Below, in pieces: positions 63,071 through 64,000 of a stretch of 64,000 nucleotides of DNA. Made by a program: the position numbers and the translations under genes. The DNA is from an uncultured Methanoregulaceae archaeon (lineage in GTDB: Archaea > Halobacteriota > Methanomicrobia > Methanomicrobiales > Methanospirillaceae), in the NCBI GenBank assembly GCA_963701095.1, contig OY969564.1, forward strand, positions 2,496,001 to 2,560,000, given 5' to 3'. The notes below the pieces were generated by a model, which was not told the origin of the DNA, did no database searches, and saw nothing but the letters and a program-made list of their open reading frames with translations. Position 1 is the stretch's first letter, and every line of letters starts with the position of its first letter.

Positions 63071-64000
63071 CGACGATCAGGGATAGGTTCTGCCCAAAAT
63101 GTGGCGGACCTTCAGATGAAGAAGGGCTGTGCGCAAAATGCCAGGCTGCAGATACGCAGTGGGCTGAATGCGACACCCGGGTGACAAGCACCCATTGTCC
63201 CAGTTGCGGTGCGACTAAACAGGTGAATACATGGACGGATACGAACCGCGAGCGGGCGGAGCTTGCACCTGATCTAGCCCGAACTGCGGTTCATTTTCAC
63301 CCTGACGTGAAAAAACGCGCGATTAGTGTTGAAATCCAGGACATCAGCCCCAACCGGTCCCGTGCATATCTTACTATCACCGGCACGTTATACGGGCATT
63401 CGGTTGATAAGACCTGCATGGTTGAACTGGCATGGAACAAAGAGCAATGTGACCGGTGCAACCGTATCACCGGCAGTTACTACGAAGGCATAGTACAGGT
63501 CCGTGCAGAGGAGCGTACAATTAGCATCTTTGAGATGCAGAAAGCCGCTGCCATTGCGACCCAGATAGAGGAAACCCTTCAGGAAGGTGGGGAACGACTT
63601 TCATTTATATCGGATATGACAGAGACCCGGGATGGTCTTGATATCACGGTTGGATCCCAGCATATCGGTTTACTTATTGTGCAGGGAATCACAGCGCAAC
63701 TGGGTGGAAGATATACGACCCACCCAAAACTCGTCGGAGAGAAATGCGGAAGGCAGATCTTCAGAATCACGTACCTCGTCCGGCTGCCCCGGTACCAGCG
63801 TCATGATGTGGTGAAACTAGGACGGACCTACGCGGAGATCGAACAGGTAGATTCCCGTCATGTCCGGGTTTTTGATCTCTCCGAAGGCAGGAGCCGGTCA
63901 ATAAAAGAGGAGGATATCGTACGCATGATCGGGAATGTCCGTAATGCTGAACCAGCCCTTATCGCGTATGTCTCCGCAGGTATGATGGGACTTCTTGACC
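63067..64000 (+). CDS. NMD3-family protein (runs off the window)
   Basis: Manual translation MTTIRDRFCPKCG...LCAKC...CPSCG...CDRC...YYEGIVQVR. Confidence 0.85.
   Translation, partial: MTTIRDRFCPKCGGPSDEEGLCAKCQAADTQWAECDTRVTSTHCPSCGATKQVNTWTDTNRERAELAPDLARTAVHFHPDVKKRAISVEIQDISPNRSRAYLTITGTLYGHSVDKTCMVELAWNKEQCDRCNRITGSYYEGIVQVRAEERTISIFEMQKAAAIATQIEETLQEGGERLSFISDMTETRDGLDITVGSQHIGLLIVQGITAQLGGRYTTHPKLVGEKCGRQIFRITYLVRLPRYQRHDVVKLGRTYAEIEQVDSRHVRVFDLSEGRSRSIKEEDIVRMIGNVRNAEPALIAYVSAGMMGLLD

Overview
Archaeal DNA, most likely a Methanomicrobiales methanogen of the Methanoregula type. This is inferred from TBP, MCM, RFC-S, MptD, NMD3, a DUF3821-like protein and the style of the PAS/histidine-kinase genes. 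The window has three parts. (1) About 1-39.8 kb is a dense signalling cluster: about 17 receiver/PAS/histidine-kinase genes, SixA and an inactive KaiC-like protein, mixed with SulP, flavoproteins, a bacterial-type RNase III and gene remnants. (2) 39945-47687 is a ~7.7 kb integrated element with a tyrosine integrase, wHTH and RHH regulators, a primase-polymerase/helicase, a candidate origin and small ORFs, bounded by a 17-bp direct repeat. (3) 47.8-64 kb holds core genes: two acyl-CoA ligases, TBP, Lhr/MPE/RPA-family, RFC, MCM, MptD, TatD-like, DUF424 and NMD3. The main finding is that the element split the host tRNA-Leu(CAG) gene without rebuilding it. It instead carries its own complete tRNA-Leu(CAG), which has a compensatory base-pair swap that alters the att sequence. 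Many single-base frameshifts at short homopolymers look like sequencing or assembly indels, so pseudogene calls are cautious. All family assignments come from motif recognition by eye; no searches were run.
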